This document shows, in pieces, positions 40,532 through 52,856 of a DNA stretch of 64,000 nt. This stretch comes from Octopus bimaculoides (Eukaryota), in the NCBI RefSeq assembly GCF_001194135.2, contig NC_068992.1:453092-517091 (forward strand), written 5' to 3'. A program made the translations under genes and the position numbers. Numbering within the stretch: position 1 is the stretch's first letter; each line of letters opens with the position of its first letter. Below the pieces are notes generated by a model, which was given only the letters and a program-made list of their open reading frames with translations, made no database searches and had not been told where the DNA came from.

Positions 40532-41932
40532 ATAATACAAAGAATATATATACATGTATACACACATATATGTACATACTTACATCTACATGTGTATATA
40601 CATGCATATCAGGGTACAGGACGTTAGAACAATAAACTACAGACAACGGAACGAACACAAAGGAAAACGCAAAGCCCCTTGGAATATCCCTTCATCAGCT
40701 GTCTCTATTCTATCCAGACGTTTCGAAGACCAGACAGGACGTACTCTAGAATAGTCTCTTCCTGAGTAGTAGATCAACCAACNNNNNNNNNNNNNNNNNN
40801 NNNNNNNNNNNNNNNNNNNNNNNNNNNNNNNNNNNNNNNNNNNNNNNNNNNNNNNNNNNNNNNNNNNNNNNNNNNNNNNNNNNNNNNNNNNNNNNNNNNN
40901 NNNNNNNNNNNNNNNNNNNNNNNNNNNNNNNNNNNNNNNNNNNNNNNNNNNNNNNNNNNNNNNNNNNNNNNNNNNNNNNNNNNNNNNNNNNNNNNNNNNN
41001 NNNNNNNNNNNNNNNNNNNNNNNNNNNNNNNNNNNNNNNNNNNNNNNNNNNNNNNNNNNNNNNNNNNNNNNNNNNNNNNNNNNNNNNNNNNNNNNNNNNN
41101 NNNNNNNNNNNNNNNNNNNNNNNNNNNNNNNNNNNNNNNNNNNNNNNNNNNNNNNNNNNNNNNNNNNNNNNNNNNNNNNNNNNNNNNNNNNNNNNNNNNN
41201 NNNNNNNNNNNNNNNNNNNNNNNNNNNNNNNNNNNNNNNNNNNNNNNNNNNNNNNNNNNNNNNNNNNNNNNNNNNNNNNNNNNNNNNNNNNNNNNNNNNN
41301 NNNNNNNNNNNNNNNNNNNNNNNNNNNNNNNNNNNNNNNNNNNNNNNNNNNNNNNNNNNNNNNNNNNNNNNNNNNNNNNNNNNNNNNNNNNNNNNNNNNN
41401 NNNNNNNNNNNNNNNNNNNNNNNNNNNNNNNNNNNNNNNNNNNNNNNNNNNNNNNNNNNNNNNNNNNNNNNNNNNNNNNNNNNNNNNNNNNNNNNNNNNN
41501 NNNNNNNNNNNNNNNNNNNNNNNNNNNNNNNNNNNNNNNNNNNNNNNNNNNNNNNNNNNNNNNNNNNNNNNNNNNNNNNNNNNNNNNNNTTGCGTTTGGC
41601 CGTACGGCTTTTGAATGTTGTTTTCACTGTCCATTTTTTCCTGTCTTGGTTTGTGTTTGCCACCTTGGAATCCTCTGTGTAGTTGGTTGATCCACTACTC
41701 AGGAAGAGACTATTCTAGAGTACGTCCTGTCTGGTCTTCGAAACGTCTGGATAGAATAGAGACAGCTGATGAAGGGATATTCCAAGGGGCTTTCCGTTTT
41801 CCTATGTGTTCGTTCCGTTGTCTGTAGTTTATTGTTCTAACGTCCTGTACCCTGATATGCATGTATATACACATGTAGATGTAAGTATGTACATATATGT
41901 GTGTATACATGTATATATATTCTTTGTATTAT
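40532..41932. repeat. 251-bp inverted repeat (40532-40782 and 41682-41932) flanking an N gap
   Basis: Arms are reverse complements with three mismatches that I could see; the ORF track shows near-identical 66-aa ORFs on opposite strands. Confidence 0.9.
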
Positions 41933-41970
41933 TACATTATTGAACGCACACGTCCTATTTTACAAGTAAG

Positions 41971-42001
<31 letters not shown>

Positions 42002-42064
42002 GTATGTATAAGGTGAGAAGCAGTCATGTAGTGAAAGGGGTTATGAAGAAGGAGAAATTAAGAC

Positions 42065-42350
42065 GAAAGAAATGAATTTACTTTAGACTTGAAAGAAAGA
42101 GTTCAAGTCATAAGAAAAGGGTAAACAAAGAAATGGAAAAGCGTTCCAAAGTCTGGTAGTTCGAGGGAAAACAGCAACGACAATGAAAGACTTCCTTATT
42201 CGCGGAAGCACAACACCATTTGGTTGAAGACGCTGTGAGTTTCGAGTCAGGCAAGATGGTACAAAGTGATCTGGAGCTAAGAGAGGAAGTGCATCAGAGC
42301 ACTTCCTGTGGTTATAACGATAGAAAAGACTAAGATGGTGACGTCAGTTA
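42065..42350 (-). pseudogene. CR1/L2-group LINE 3' end remnant
   Basis: Minus strand: LSLFYRYNHRKCSDAL...TRNSQRLQPNGVVLPRIRK...FPRTTRLWNAFP...SYDLNSF, matching the CR1-type RT C-terminal tail (LSLFYRY..G.CS.EL...FFPRT..LWN.LP). Confidence 0.75.
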
Positions 42351-42816
42351 GCATCAATCAATCACCATTCCTTAAACGACAGAATTATATGGTTTTATTA
42401 TATTTTTATACCAATTTCATCTGTTATTACATTTTTTTCTATCAATTGTAGAGGAATGAGAGTATCATGCTGCACTCTGTGCAGTACTCAGAGTATTTAT
42501 CATAGTATTTTGTGCTTGTTCTTTTGCTGGTTTCAGTCAATGGAGTGTGACGAATAACGCGATACCATCATCAAGGATTTGCATCAATTCTAACGACCCA
42601 GTAGTGTGTGTGTGTGTGTGTGTGTGTGTGCATGTGCGTGCGTGCGTGCGAGTGCATGTGTGTGTGTGCACGTGTGTGCATGTGTGTGCATGTGTGTGAG
42701 TGTGTGTATATATGTATCGGGAAATTAATCGATCACATACACATATACATACACACGAACGCGCGCACACACATACACACACACGCTCACACATACTCTG
42801 TATATGTATGTTTGAT

Positions 42817-43170
42817 GGGTGGAGACGCAATGGCCCAGTAGTTAGAGCAGATGACTTGTGGTCGTAGGATCACGGTTTATTGAGCGAAAACACCTAAAGC
42901 TCCAAGTGGTTCTGGCAGGGGGTGGTGGCGAACCCTGCTCTACTCTTTCACCACAACTTTCTCTCACTCTTTCTTCCTGTTTCTGTTGTACCTCTATTTC
43001 AAAGGGCCAACCATGTCACACTTTGTGTCACGTTGAATCTCCCCGAGAACTACGTTAAGGGTACACGTGTATGTGGAGTGCTCGGCCACTTACACGTGAA
43101 TTTCACGAGTAGGTTATTCCGTTGATCGGATAAACTGGAACCCCCGTAGTCGTAACCGACGGAGTGCCAC
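42817..43170 (+). mobile_element. tRNA-headed SINE (separate family) with imperfect 13-bp TSD
   Basis: A-box-like TGGCCCAGTAGTTAG; flanks TATGTTTGATGGG (42807-19) and TATATTTGATGGG (43171-83). Confidence 0.7.
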
Positions 43171-43559
43171 TATATTTGATGGGCTTTCCGTATTGTTCAC
43201 GCCTCCCAAATTCCATTCCCAAGGTTTTGTTTGACCTGAACTCGGTGTTTTGGTAATAAACACTTACTTTAGACACTGCACATTAGGACTGATCGCGGAA
43301 CATCAAAATTCCGAAGATTGTTTAACCACATAATTACATCTGTTCTTATTTGAAATCTAGTCGTGTTGTACTTTGTTTTTATTGTCGTTGGTCGATAAAA
43401 TAAGTATTAGTCATGAACCGAAGTCGATTCAATTGCCTTTACCATGCTACAAATTTGTGGCCTTTTGCCAATATAAGACGTCATTATTTGTATTAATCAA
43501 CTTATCATGAATAAAATATATGATTTCTAAGATGTGTTTGATCATATTATATTTCAATG

Positions 43560-44480
43560 CAAATGTCTAACTTTAAGTATTCTCTGTAATCAAAGTAAGA
43601 TTTCCTCCTGGTTTACTCAAAGGCATCATTTACTAATATTATTCTAAGAAACATTGATTACTGGTTTCCAAAGTTTAGTATCCAAAAAGACAGGATTCTA
43701 AATGATTCAACTTTGCGAAGTCATGTCTAACATGTGATAGCTATAATCATAGTAATTAACTAAGTAATCAGGTACTGGGTTTGTCAGATCATCAAAACTA
43801 GACAGTTATATGGTTTCTTGGAGTTCACTAATGAAATATGACAATATTAAAGTGTCGCAAATGATATTGCAAAGTCTTTTAACAATGCAAATAAGAAACA
43901 AGTCTCCTAGACACAAACAGTTGCTATTCAGATTCCAGAATAGATTAGAATACCTTCCTTCTCTTTCGTGTTGTTTGGAATCCCTTGGGAGTTTCGTTGA
44001 CGTCTTTTGACACATACCTTTCTATGACAAAATTGTGGTTTGTTCTTAGAGGAATAGCTATTTCCCATCAGCCAGTAAATGGAAAGTCATTTAATCGTAA
44101 CAAAAGTAATAGCAGTAATCTAGGCCATAATGTGTACATTAATGACAGATTAGATGCTAGTGTAACTCAACCTATATTTGGAACTTCAGGTGCAATTAGT
44201 TCCAATCGAGAAATTGATACCACTTTTAGCGTACCACATAGTAATATTGATAACAACTCAACTAATAACACCGTTTTAACACTTAGGTCTAATAACAGTG
44301 TTAACACCAATCTTCTTAATTGTAATTATAACTTAGGCGTTAATAAACGCCTTTGTAAACGTCTTCTAGGAAATAAGAGTTCAAAGCAGAGTTTAATTTA
44401 ACAATGTATGCTAACAGCTGGAGATCTTGTATACTATTAAATTGGTTTTATTCTGCCCAAATCTTCAAATGTAGGTTAAG
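43560..44480 (-). pseudogene. Possible highly decayed LINE (ORF1 zinc knuckle followed by endonuclease start)
   Basis: Weak motifs in plausible order on minus strand: YI*RFGQNK (C..C.RFGH-like), LFWNLNS (APE WN motif), KPGGNLTLI (GGV..LI-like). Motifs are short. Confidence 0.3.
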
Positions 44481-47400
44481 TAATCATCTTCATTTTCATT
44501 TAGGAGAAATATTTTGTGTGCTATTCTAAGTAAATGCATTTGGAATTTAAATAACAAGAACATTATATCAAATGATCCATTTTTAGCACTGGTTTACCAT
44601 GCTACAATGGTTATTTTAAATGCAAACTTTGTAAGAAGTGTTTTATATTCTTACTTCAAAATTAAATTTATTAAATTCTATAATCAATTTAATAATGAAT
44701 TGCTCCCATAAATATAGAATAACCTTCAAATATTTCCGTAGCGAATAGCATTTTATTTATAGTAACCTATCCTTTAAATAAAGGGGGTACCTATGTAACC
44801 CTAATTTCTTGCCGTCTCATTACTGCCATTTTGATCGTAATGACCTTTGTATTCTACTACTGAAATAATATTCTAGTAGGTTTTACCTGTACGTTTTTGT
44901 GTTTTCTTTTTACTTTTTCGTCTTTGACATTTTTTTCACTCCTCCAGATCTAGATCTTAACCTTTCTAATTTTGATTTTGAATTCATTATTATTTCATTA
45001 TTATAATCATGTTTTGTTACTTCCAATGAACTATATCCAACCTAAATCATTGTGTTATTTTATATATAATTTACAAGCATATGTCTATAGCACTTTGTCT
45101 GGTATTGGTGGCCTTAAAAAATTTTTTTTGATGACCTGTGTAGTCAACTGCACACCTTATTCACCTCTTTCGTTTTTATCTATTTATTTGTCCAATGTTG
45201 ACTGAAGTCATTTTAAGTTTAAATATCAAACTGACTTTCCTTAACATATATTTAAACTCAGCTTTCTCTCATTCTACGTTCTTTCTCCTTGTATTTAATT
45301 AGTTCTCTACATTGATACTAAAATTTCAGTCTTTGTTTGATTTTCACGAGTGTGGGTTGCCTTGAAAAAAAGTAATATTAGCATAAATGTTTGGATATAT
45401 CTGATATCGCAATCGATTAAGCATGGAACGAGTTGTATATTGTACCATTCAAATATATATCCAAAGATGCTTACATAACAGAAACGCTATTTATCTATGT
45501 ATATTATCAGTTAATTGTCCATAAATTGGAGGAAAAGCGCATTAATATGAAAAATAGAGCGGGAACGCATTAAGTATGAATATATTTTATCGTACTAATT
45601 CTCATTGTTCACCTTTCTCAAGAAAATTTATTATTCGTTGGCAGCGTCAGCAAATAATTTGTTAAATCCATTAGTCTGGAGTAGTCGTGGCTTAACTGAC
45701 AGAACCATGCTGTAACACTAAGAATCCCAACGTCCCCTTAAGCTAACGAATCGAGTGTGGGATAAACACATTCATCTGGAAGAAACTGCTCTCCAATGAT
45801 GAAATACAAAAAGCGATTTTCAAATTCACTTTCGAATTTTCCCGAACGTATTATCAACGAATATGTACGCCATCGCTCTGATTCTCACTGTTTGCGAAAC
45901 GCTTTATTATTCACAAAACGTTTTATTATTCGATTAATTGAGATTTTTCCCTAATGAAGCAAACACTGATAGTGATCCTACCGCGTAACAATATTTTATG
46001 TTGTTTCTATTTACCTGAGGATTTATATGCTGGTTATAGAAGCGGAGTTGATGTAATGGAAGTATTGGTGATTTTCTAAGGACGAGCTGCGAAAGATGAC
46101 ATTTATATAATTTACAAAATGAAATTTGTAGGCGATGATATCTGAAGTTAGTCATGACCACTTATGAACATCACTGCGTAGTATCTTTTAAACGATATGT
46201 TTTAAGTAGAAGCTACTGTTACAGTATCTAATCAGCGTACCGTGATTCGAACACCACTTATATTCTAAAAGCGAATCCACAAAACTTATTTTAATTTTAT
46301 CAGTGATATCTTTCACTTATTGTTTCGACCGATGTCTCTTTACTTTCCTGCTAGGTCTTTATTGAACTGTTGTTAGACAAGCAGTAATCACTAAAATCAC
46401 TTATATTCGCATATGAATTATCAATATATTATTGGATGTGAGAGGCGTCAACCAAATCAACCGACCAGTTCACATCAGTCACGTGAAAAATGCTTTTGGA
46501 GAAAAGTTACGCAATCGTAACACAATCTCTTAACTTATTCTCCACTCTCTTATGTATTTAGTACCTTTGTGTCTAAGTAACAAATTAGTACACATGTTTT
46601 TATGAAACTACACATTACAAAACCTTTATTATGAACGTCAGTTGAAATCTTCTACGACTGGCGGAGAAAATATTTGAGATAGTAGGAATATCAGATAGAA
46701 ACCAGACAAAAAGAATGAGTAAAAATAAAACTTAAAAATAAACAACATATTTAGAGAAAACTTTTTGCAGCAATGCTCTCTGTAATGTTTTATTGTAACT
46801 ATTTTATTTGTCTTTCCCCACATTCCACAACAACCTTTGTGAAACAATAACCAACGTCATTGTGTATTTTTTTTATCCTCAACTTTATTGAAGTTCGCAA
46901 AAGGATGATTAAGCGACACGTTTATATAGTTTCTTGATAGTATCTTGCAGCCAGTTCTCTTTTATTGGAAGCGAGTGCAATTTCTGTTCAAAATAATTGA
47001 AATCATATTTTTTCTAAGAAATTTATTACTATTTCATGTTTTCTCTCGATATTTTAATTTTATTTTTTCTTATTTAGAAAAAAATTATCAGCATTACCAT
47101 AACACAATGAGAAAAAAGTTTTATTAGGAATTTATTTTTTGTACATTTTAAAAATTTTATGACAAAAAAAAAAACAACAAAAGACCAAAAAAAATCAAAC
47201 AAACGAAAAAGGAAAAGCAAGTAATACAAGAAACTAAGTCATTCTTGCATTGCAGAAATACAAATAATGCTTAGCTGACTTGACCAAAGAGCAATATTAT
47301 TATTATTACTACTACAATTACTACTATTACTACTACAACTATTATTATTATTATTATTAGCATCCTTATCATTAATATTATTATTATTACTACTACTACT

Positions 47401-47895
47401 ATTATCATTGTTGTTATTATTATTGCTGTTGTTGCTTTCGTTGCTGTTATTGTTATTATTATTAGAAGGACAAGAACGAAAACAACAATAAGAAAAAATA
47501 GAATTACAAGTTCACTAAAGCAACAACAGATCATTCATCTAAAAACAATGTTACAAACAAACAGCATAACATTGAAGCAACCATTTTTTTTCTCTATATA
47601 TATTAGTATTTCAACTTCAATATTATAACACAAGAATATTATTTATGTGACGCATTGAATCTTGAAGAAATTTTAAATCAACTAACTAAACAATAAAAAG
47701 ACCATTCCAAAATACAAATAAAACTTAACGCATCACAGAGGATTTATTTTATTCTATTGAAGTTTGTAGCCTTTTTCTTTAAATAAACATTTTTTAGGTT
47801 AAATTTAATATGAAACTGATTCCTTACAGAAAGTGTCAACAATGCAGTAAATATTGTTGTTATTTCTACTGGTATGTTGCAGCTCTTGCTGCTGG

Positions 47896-47951
<56 letters not shown>

Positions 47952-48455
47952 GGGATAGTAATGATGAGAATGAGGAAGATGATATAATTAGAAAGGGTAG
48001 AATATTGGAATGAACATCAGCTCCCAATTATTATTAAATCTTAAGACATCAAAATTGTTTCAGATATGAAACCGAAACATAAGGACGGGTGGATGGGGTG
48101 GAAAGAAAAGAAAAGGAAAGAGAAACAATAGCAGAACAGTTTTTATTCTGATCGGCAACAAGTAACAGTTTGTAAATTCATTGACAATTCAATATCTGTC
48201 CATAGAACTGGCTCCAACGGCGAACAGAAAACATGATGTGAAGCGTAAGATTGTATGCATATACATATGCAGCTATGCACACATACATACACTCACATAA
48301 ATGTGTATAGATATATAAATGTATGCATTCTTCAGGAGTAGTCAGCGAAAGATTATGAAAATGATTAGATGGAAGGTATACACACCCTCATACACACACG
48401 CACACTCACACGTAGATATCTACATACACACACTCATATATGTATATACGTACAC

Positions 48456-48486
<31 letters not shown>

Positions 48487-48706
48487 ACACACACACTCTC
48501 TCTCTATCTATCTATCTACCGATATATATATATACACACACAATATATTTACCGATATATATATATACACATACACACAGTATACATACATACACACAAT
48601 ATACATACACACACACACACACACATAGATAGATGCGTATGTGACTGTGTTTATAGGCGATTGCAGAGAAAAAGAACGAGAGAAAAAGAAATGCAAATTT
48701 ATACAT

Positions 48707-48763
<57 letters not shown>

Positions 48764-49369
48764 ACACAGTCTCTCTCACACTCTCTCTCACTCACACACA
48801 CTCTTTCTCTCTCTCCCTCTCACTCTCTGTATATATATATATATACACATACACCACACACACATACACCACACACACACACATACACACGCATACACAT
48901 ACACAGGAATACGGTGTGGTGTTGTCAACTACACATTCAAAACCGTATACACACTTGAATGCCATTACTTTACCGTGGTGGTATTCATCCAAAATGACGC
49001 AATAATATGGGACACTGTAGAAAATACTATCGTTTGGGCTTCCGTGGAAGTTTTGATCCTAAGAAACACAACAATAATGACCTCTGCCTCTTGGAATCTT
49101 CTAGCCACAGGTCAGATCTGCCACGTTATTCCCACTGATTCATTTATCCCAGCGCCTCCAGACCCCGAAATAATGACTACACCCCGTTAGGTCCCTAGTC
49201 ACGTATTTTCGACAAGTGTTCATTGCAATACTTCAAGAGGACGTTAGTAGCATCAACCTTAACTTCATCAAGGATCTACAATGGTCATGACCATTGTTTC
49301 TTTCTCCACATGCAGCATGTATGAAAAGCTGTATGTAAGTATGTATGCATATATGTATGCATGTATGTA

Positions 49370-49462
<93 letters not shown>

Positions 49463-49789
49463 GTACAGACGCATAGACACACATAAATATACAAAAATAC
49501 ACAGACACGACATATATGTATACGTATATTAATACATACATACGTACGTACACACACACACACACACACATATATAAACATACATACTGATATGTGTGTT
49601 TATTCATATGATAGCACTTACAAGACTACTCAATTTTTTTGTAAGTTTCTAAATCATCATAATTTCAAAACTTGAAAGAAACGTGACTTGTCTTGTATGT
49701 AAACATTATTTGAATAACCATATATCTAAATTCTACATCTGAAATTCTGCTTCTTTCAGTTTTTGAAAAGGTATCTACTCATACATACA

Positions 49790-49820
<31 letters not shown>

Positions 49821-50066
49821 GTATATATATCTAATACAATAGTACGATACTACTTACCTACTTTTTATGTCATTTAGAATGTATAGAACGAAATCGTAGA
49901 CGTATTCTGCTCGAGAAAAATATATACTTTTTATATTCGTAAGTCTAATAAAAAAAATATTGTAAATTATGAATCGCATATACGAGTGGGTACCCAAAAG
50001 AAACCGGAATTTTGCAATATTATTTTATTGACTTAGTTTTACATTTCTATATTTAAGAGATGAAGA

Positions 50067-50213
50067 ATTATTTACATTATTTACATTTGACGGATATTTG
50101 TCTTCATCTTGTTTCTCATTAACACAACGTTTCGGCTGATATATCCTCCCACCTTCATCAGGTGTCTTGGGGAAATTTCGAACCTGCATTCTCATTCCTC
50201 AGGTATTTTTCGA

Positions 50214-50294
<81 letters not shown>

Positions 50295-50376
50295 AGTCAC
50301 TGCTTAGAATCGAACTCGGAATCTTGGGTTTAGTAGCCCACACTCTTAACCACTACGCCATATGCCCGTGGGCATA
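50067..50376 (-). mobile_element. tRNA-headed SINE-like element with (AAT)n spacer and hammerhead-bearing 3' module
   Basis: Minus strand: GGGCATATGGCGTAGTGGTTAAGAGTGTGGGCTACTAAACCCAAGATTCCGAGTTCGATTC (A box 50350-60, B box 50307-17), (AAT)n ~50216-50291, module with HHR, terminal TGTAAATAA repeats. Confidence 0.8.
50121..50167 (-). ncRNA. Minimal type I hammerhead ribozyme motif
   Basis: GACAC CUGAUGA A GGUG gggaggauauau CAGCC GAAAC GUU GUGUU: helix I GACAC/GUGUU, core CUGAUGA and GAAA intact, palindromic helix III (AAC/GUU). Helix II is GGCUG/CAGCC in the sister copy, with one C lost here. Confidence 0.75.
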
Positions 50377-50497
50377 GGAATGAGAACCCAGGTTCGAAAT
50401 TTCACCAAGACCCCCGATGAAGGCTGGAGGGTATATCAGCTAAAACATTGTGATAACAAATAAGATGAGGGCAAATAACCGTCAAATGTAAATAATG
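50377..50497 (+). mobile_element. Inverted partial copy of the HHR module (core mutated: CCGAUGA, UAAAAC)
   Basis: GGAATGAGAACCCAGGTTCGAAATTTCACCAAGACCCCCGATGAAGGCTGGAGGGTATATCAGCTAAAACATTGTGATAAC...CCGTCAAATGTAAATAATG is the diverged reverse complement of ~50075-50201. Confidence 0.85.
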
Positions 50498-50817
50498 TTA
50501 GTTTTACATGTTTACGTATTCTCTGTTTGAAGCAATGCATCGGTCCAGACGCGTTTTCCACTGTTCAAAGCAGTGCTGGAACTCTTGTGAAGTGATGCCT
50601 TTTAAAGCCCCCGTCATTTTTTCTTCACCTCTTCCACATCTGCAAATTCCGCAGCACCAGCTTTCGTCCCCAATCGTTCTTTCAGTTCACGACACGCATT
50701 CAGTTGTGACTGCTTTTAATCTTCCGTGAGCAAGTAAGGCTCACATTTTGCTGTAACTCTTTTCATTCGCAATTCCCCGCTCGAAATTCGTTGGCAGGAG
50801 CTCCAGGACACACCATT

Positions 50818-51217
50818 GCTTGTTTCAGTCATTTGACTGCGGCCATGCTGGAGCACCGCCCTTAGTCGAGCAAATCGACCCAAGAGCTTATTCTTTGTAA
50901 GCCTAGTACTTATTATTCTATCGGTTTCTTTTACCGAAACGCTAATTTACGGGGGCGTAAATACACTGGCATCGGTTGTCAAGCGATGTTGGGGGGACAA
51001 ACAGACACACAAACATATACACACACATACATATACATATGTATACATACACGACGGACTTCTTCCAGCTTCCGTCTACCAAATCCATTCACAAGGCTTT
51101 GGTCAGCCCGAAGCTATAGTAGAATACACTTGCCCAAGGTGCCACGCAGTGGGACAAAACCCGCGACCATGTGGTTGGTAAGCAAGCTACTTACCACAGA
51201 GCCACTCTTGCGCCTAT
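50818..51217 (-). mobile_element. tRNA-headed SINE, family B, inserted in mariner transposase
   Basis: Matches 5428-5848; splits the mariner frame between TIDELVDI and GVSWSS. Confidence 0.88.
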
Positions 51218-51916
51218 ATCAACAAGTTCGTCAATTGTTCAGCAATGGTTTTCCATGATCAGTGCATGTATTTTCGTGATGCTTTCATCCGTTCGGAAGG
51301 TTGGCGGTTGCCCTGAATGATGTTGGTCCTCAAGCGACAAGTGACCATTCCTAAAGCATGAAAACCAAACGCAAACTTGCGTTTTGCTCATGGCAGCAGT
51401 CTTGTAAACTGTTTGAAGCATGACATCTGTTTCCGCCGTCGTTTTCCCCAGTAGAAAACAGAATTTCACGGAAGCATGCTGTTCTTTCGTTTCAGCCATC
51501 GCAAAAATCGACGAACAGAGAAGACGCACTGCAAAACAAAAACATATCACGTGGCAGTACAACGTCACTCGACGACGCTGTTCGGCAGACTGATGCCTGA
51601 AGGTCGCACTAAGTGGCTTCTAGCAGCGGAAGGCTGAACTACAACGGGCTTGTCATACAGAAAACGTTTCCTGTTACTTTTGGGTACCTCCTCTAATATA
51701 TACACGCATACTTATACATTGTTTTATCTGCTGAGTTTTGTTTTTGCCGTGTATTAGATTACAGCTATTATCGTGTCCAATAGTCTATATCAAGCATATC
51801 GATCGCAGTAATTATTTTCAGTCTGTTACATATTTTGTCAATATGTATTTGTCCACGTCTGTGTTACGGTATGGACATCAATGGTTTTAAGTAGTATAAG
51901 GCTAAACGCACACAAA

Positions 51917-51981
<65 letters not shown>

Positions 51982-51996
51982 ACAGACAGACAGACA

Positions 51997-52046
<50 letters not shown>

Positions 52047-52796
52047 CGATGGATTTTCAGACTGCACCTGTTCCCGAAATTTCTCTCTAAGCTTGAAGTA
52101 TCGGGAGGCCACAGTAGAAGAAACTATGATACACAGTTGGACTAAACCCAGCAGCATATGATTGTGAAGCTAACATTTTAACCGTACACCAATTTCTATA
52201 CCTCTATTACTGCGATATGTTTGTTTTAGACCAGCTACCATAATTAATTCACTTGGATTGTGAGTTCAAGTTCAGACATTTGATCTTTTCTCTGACATGA
52301 AGCTATGAATGCAATGCCGTGTATTAAGATATTCTGAAGCCTCACCAACTCAGTCGTATAATAGCGGAATAAAATTTTAAACAGATTATGTTTATCATTC
52401 CATTGTGTAAACTTAAAGTCTTGACGTAAAATGAAAATTGAAAATACCTATCAAGGTAGAAGTGTATAACACGAAATATAGCTTTCAGAGATGTTATCTC
52501 CTAACACCACACATTCAATACTGCCTATGCAGATTCTCGAAAGCATCATATGTTTAAAAAGTTCAGCAGAAAATATATACATACACATGGTTCTCTAGAA
52601 ATTCCACCTTAGTGTTTTCAGAATACTCTGATGAGCGTAAGGTTATATAATCGGATTGTTGTGTTACTAGCGCAAAACCGATTGATAAGATCAGCCGTGA
52701 TGGATATATAACACTGTACATTTCGGATAATATACATATATATTTAATGCATGTCTGGCAGTCTGCCTTTTCTCTGCTTTATATGTCTGTCTGCCC

Positions 52797-52856
<60 letters not shown>

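Larger units (their letters stand above)
49981..51695 (-). mobile_element. Internally deleted mariner element with both TIRs, carrying two nested insertions
   Basis: TIRs TACGAGTGGGTACCCAAAAGAAACCGGAA (49981) and TAGAGGAGGTACCCAAAAGTAACAGGAA (minus strand from 51695). Transposase pieces: MAETKEQHASVKFCFLLGK...WFSCFRNG (HTH), GVSWSSCQRI...MKRVTAK...GDESWC, then jump to FADVEEVKK...FQHCFEQWKTRLDRCIASNREY. Confidence 0.88.

Noticed and set aside
43985-44401. 138-aa plus-strand ORF
   Set aside because: Low-complexity N/S/T-rich product with a non-ATG start and no recognisable domain; more likely antisense to a decayed LINE.
50292-50372. Possible genuine tRNA gene
   Set aside because: No acceptor-stem pairing or normal 3' end; it is fused to (AAT)n and a repeat module, so it is treated as a SINE head.
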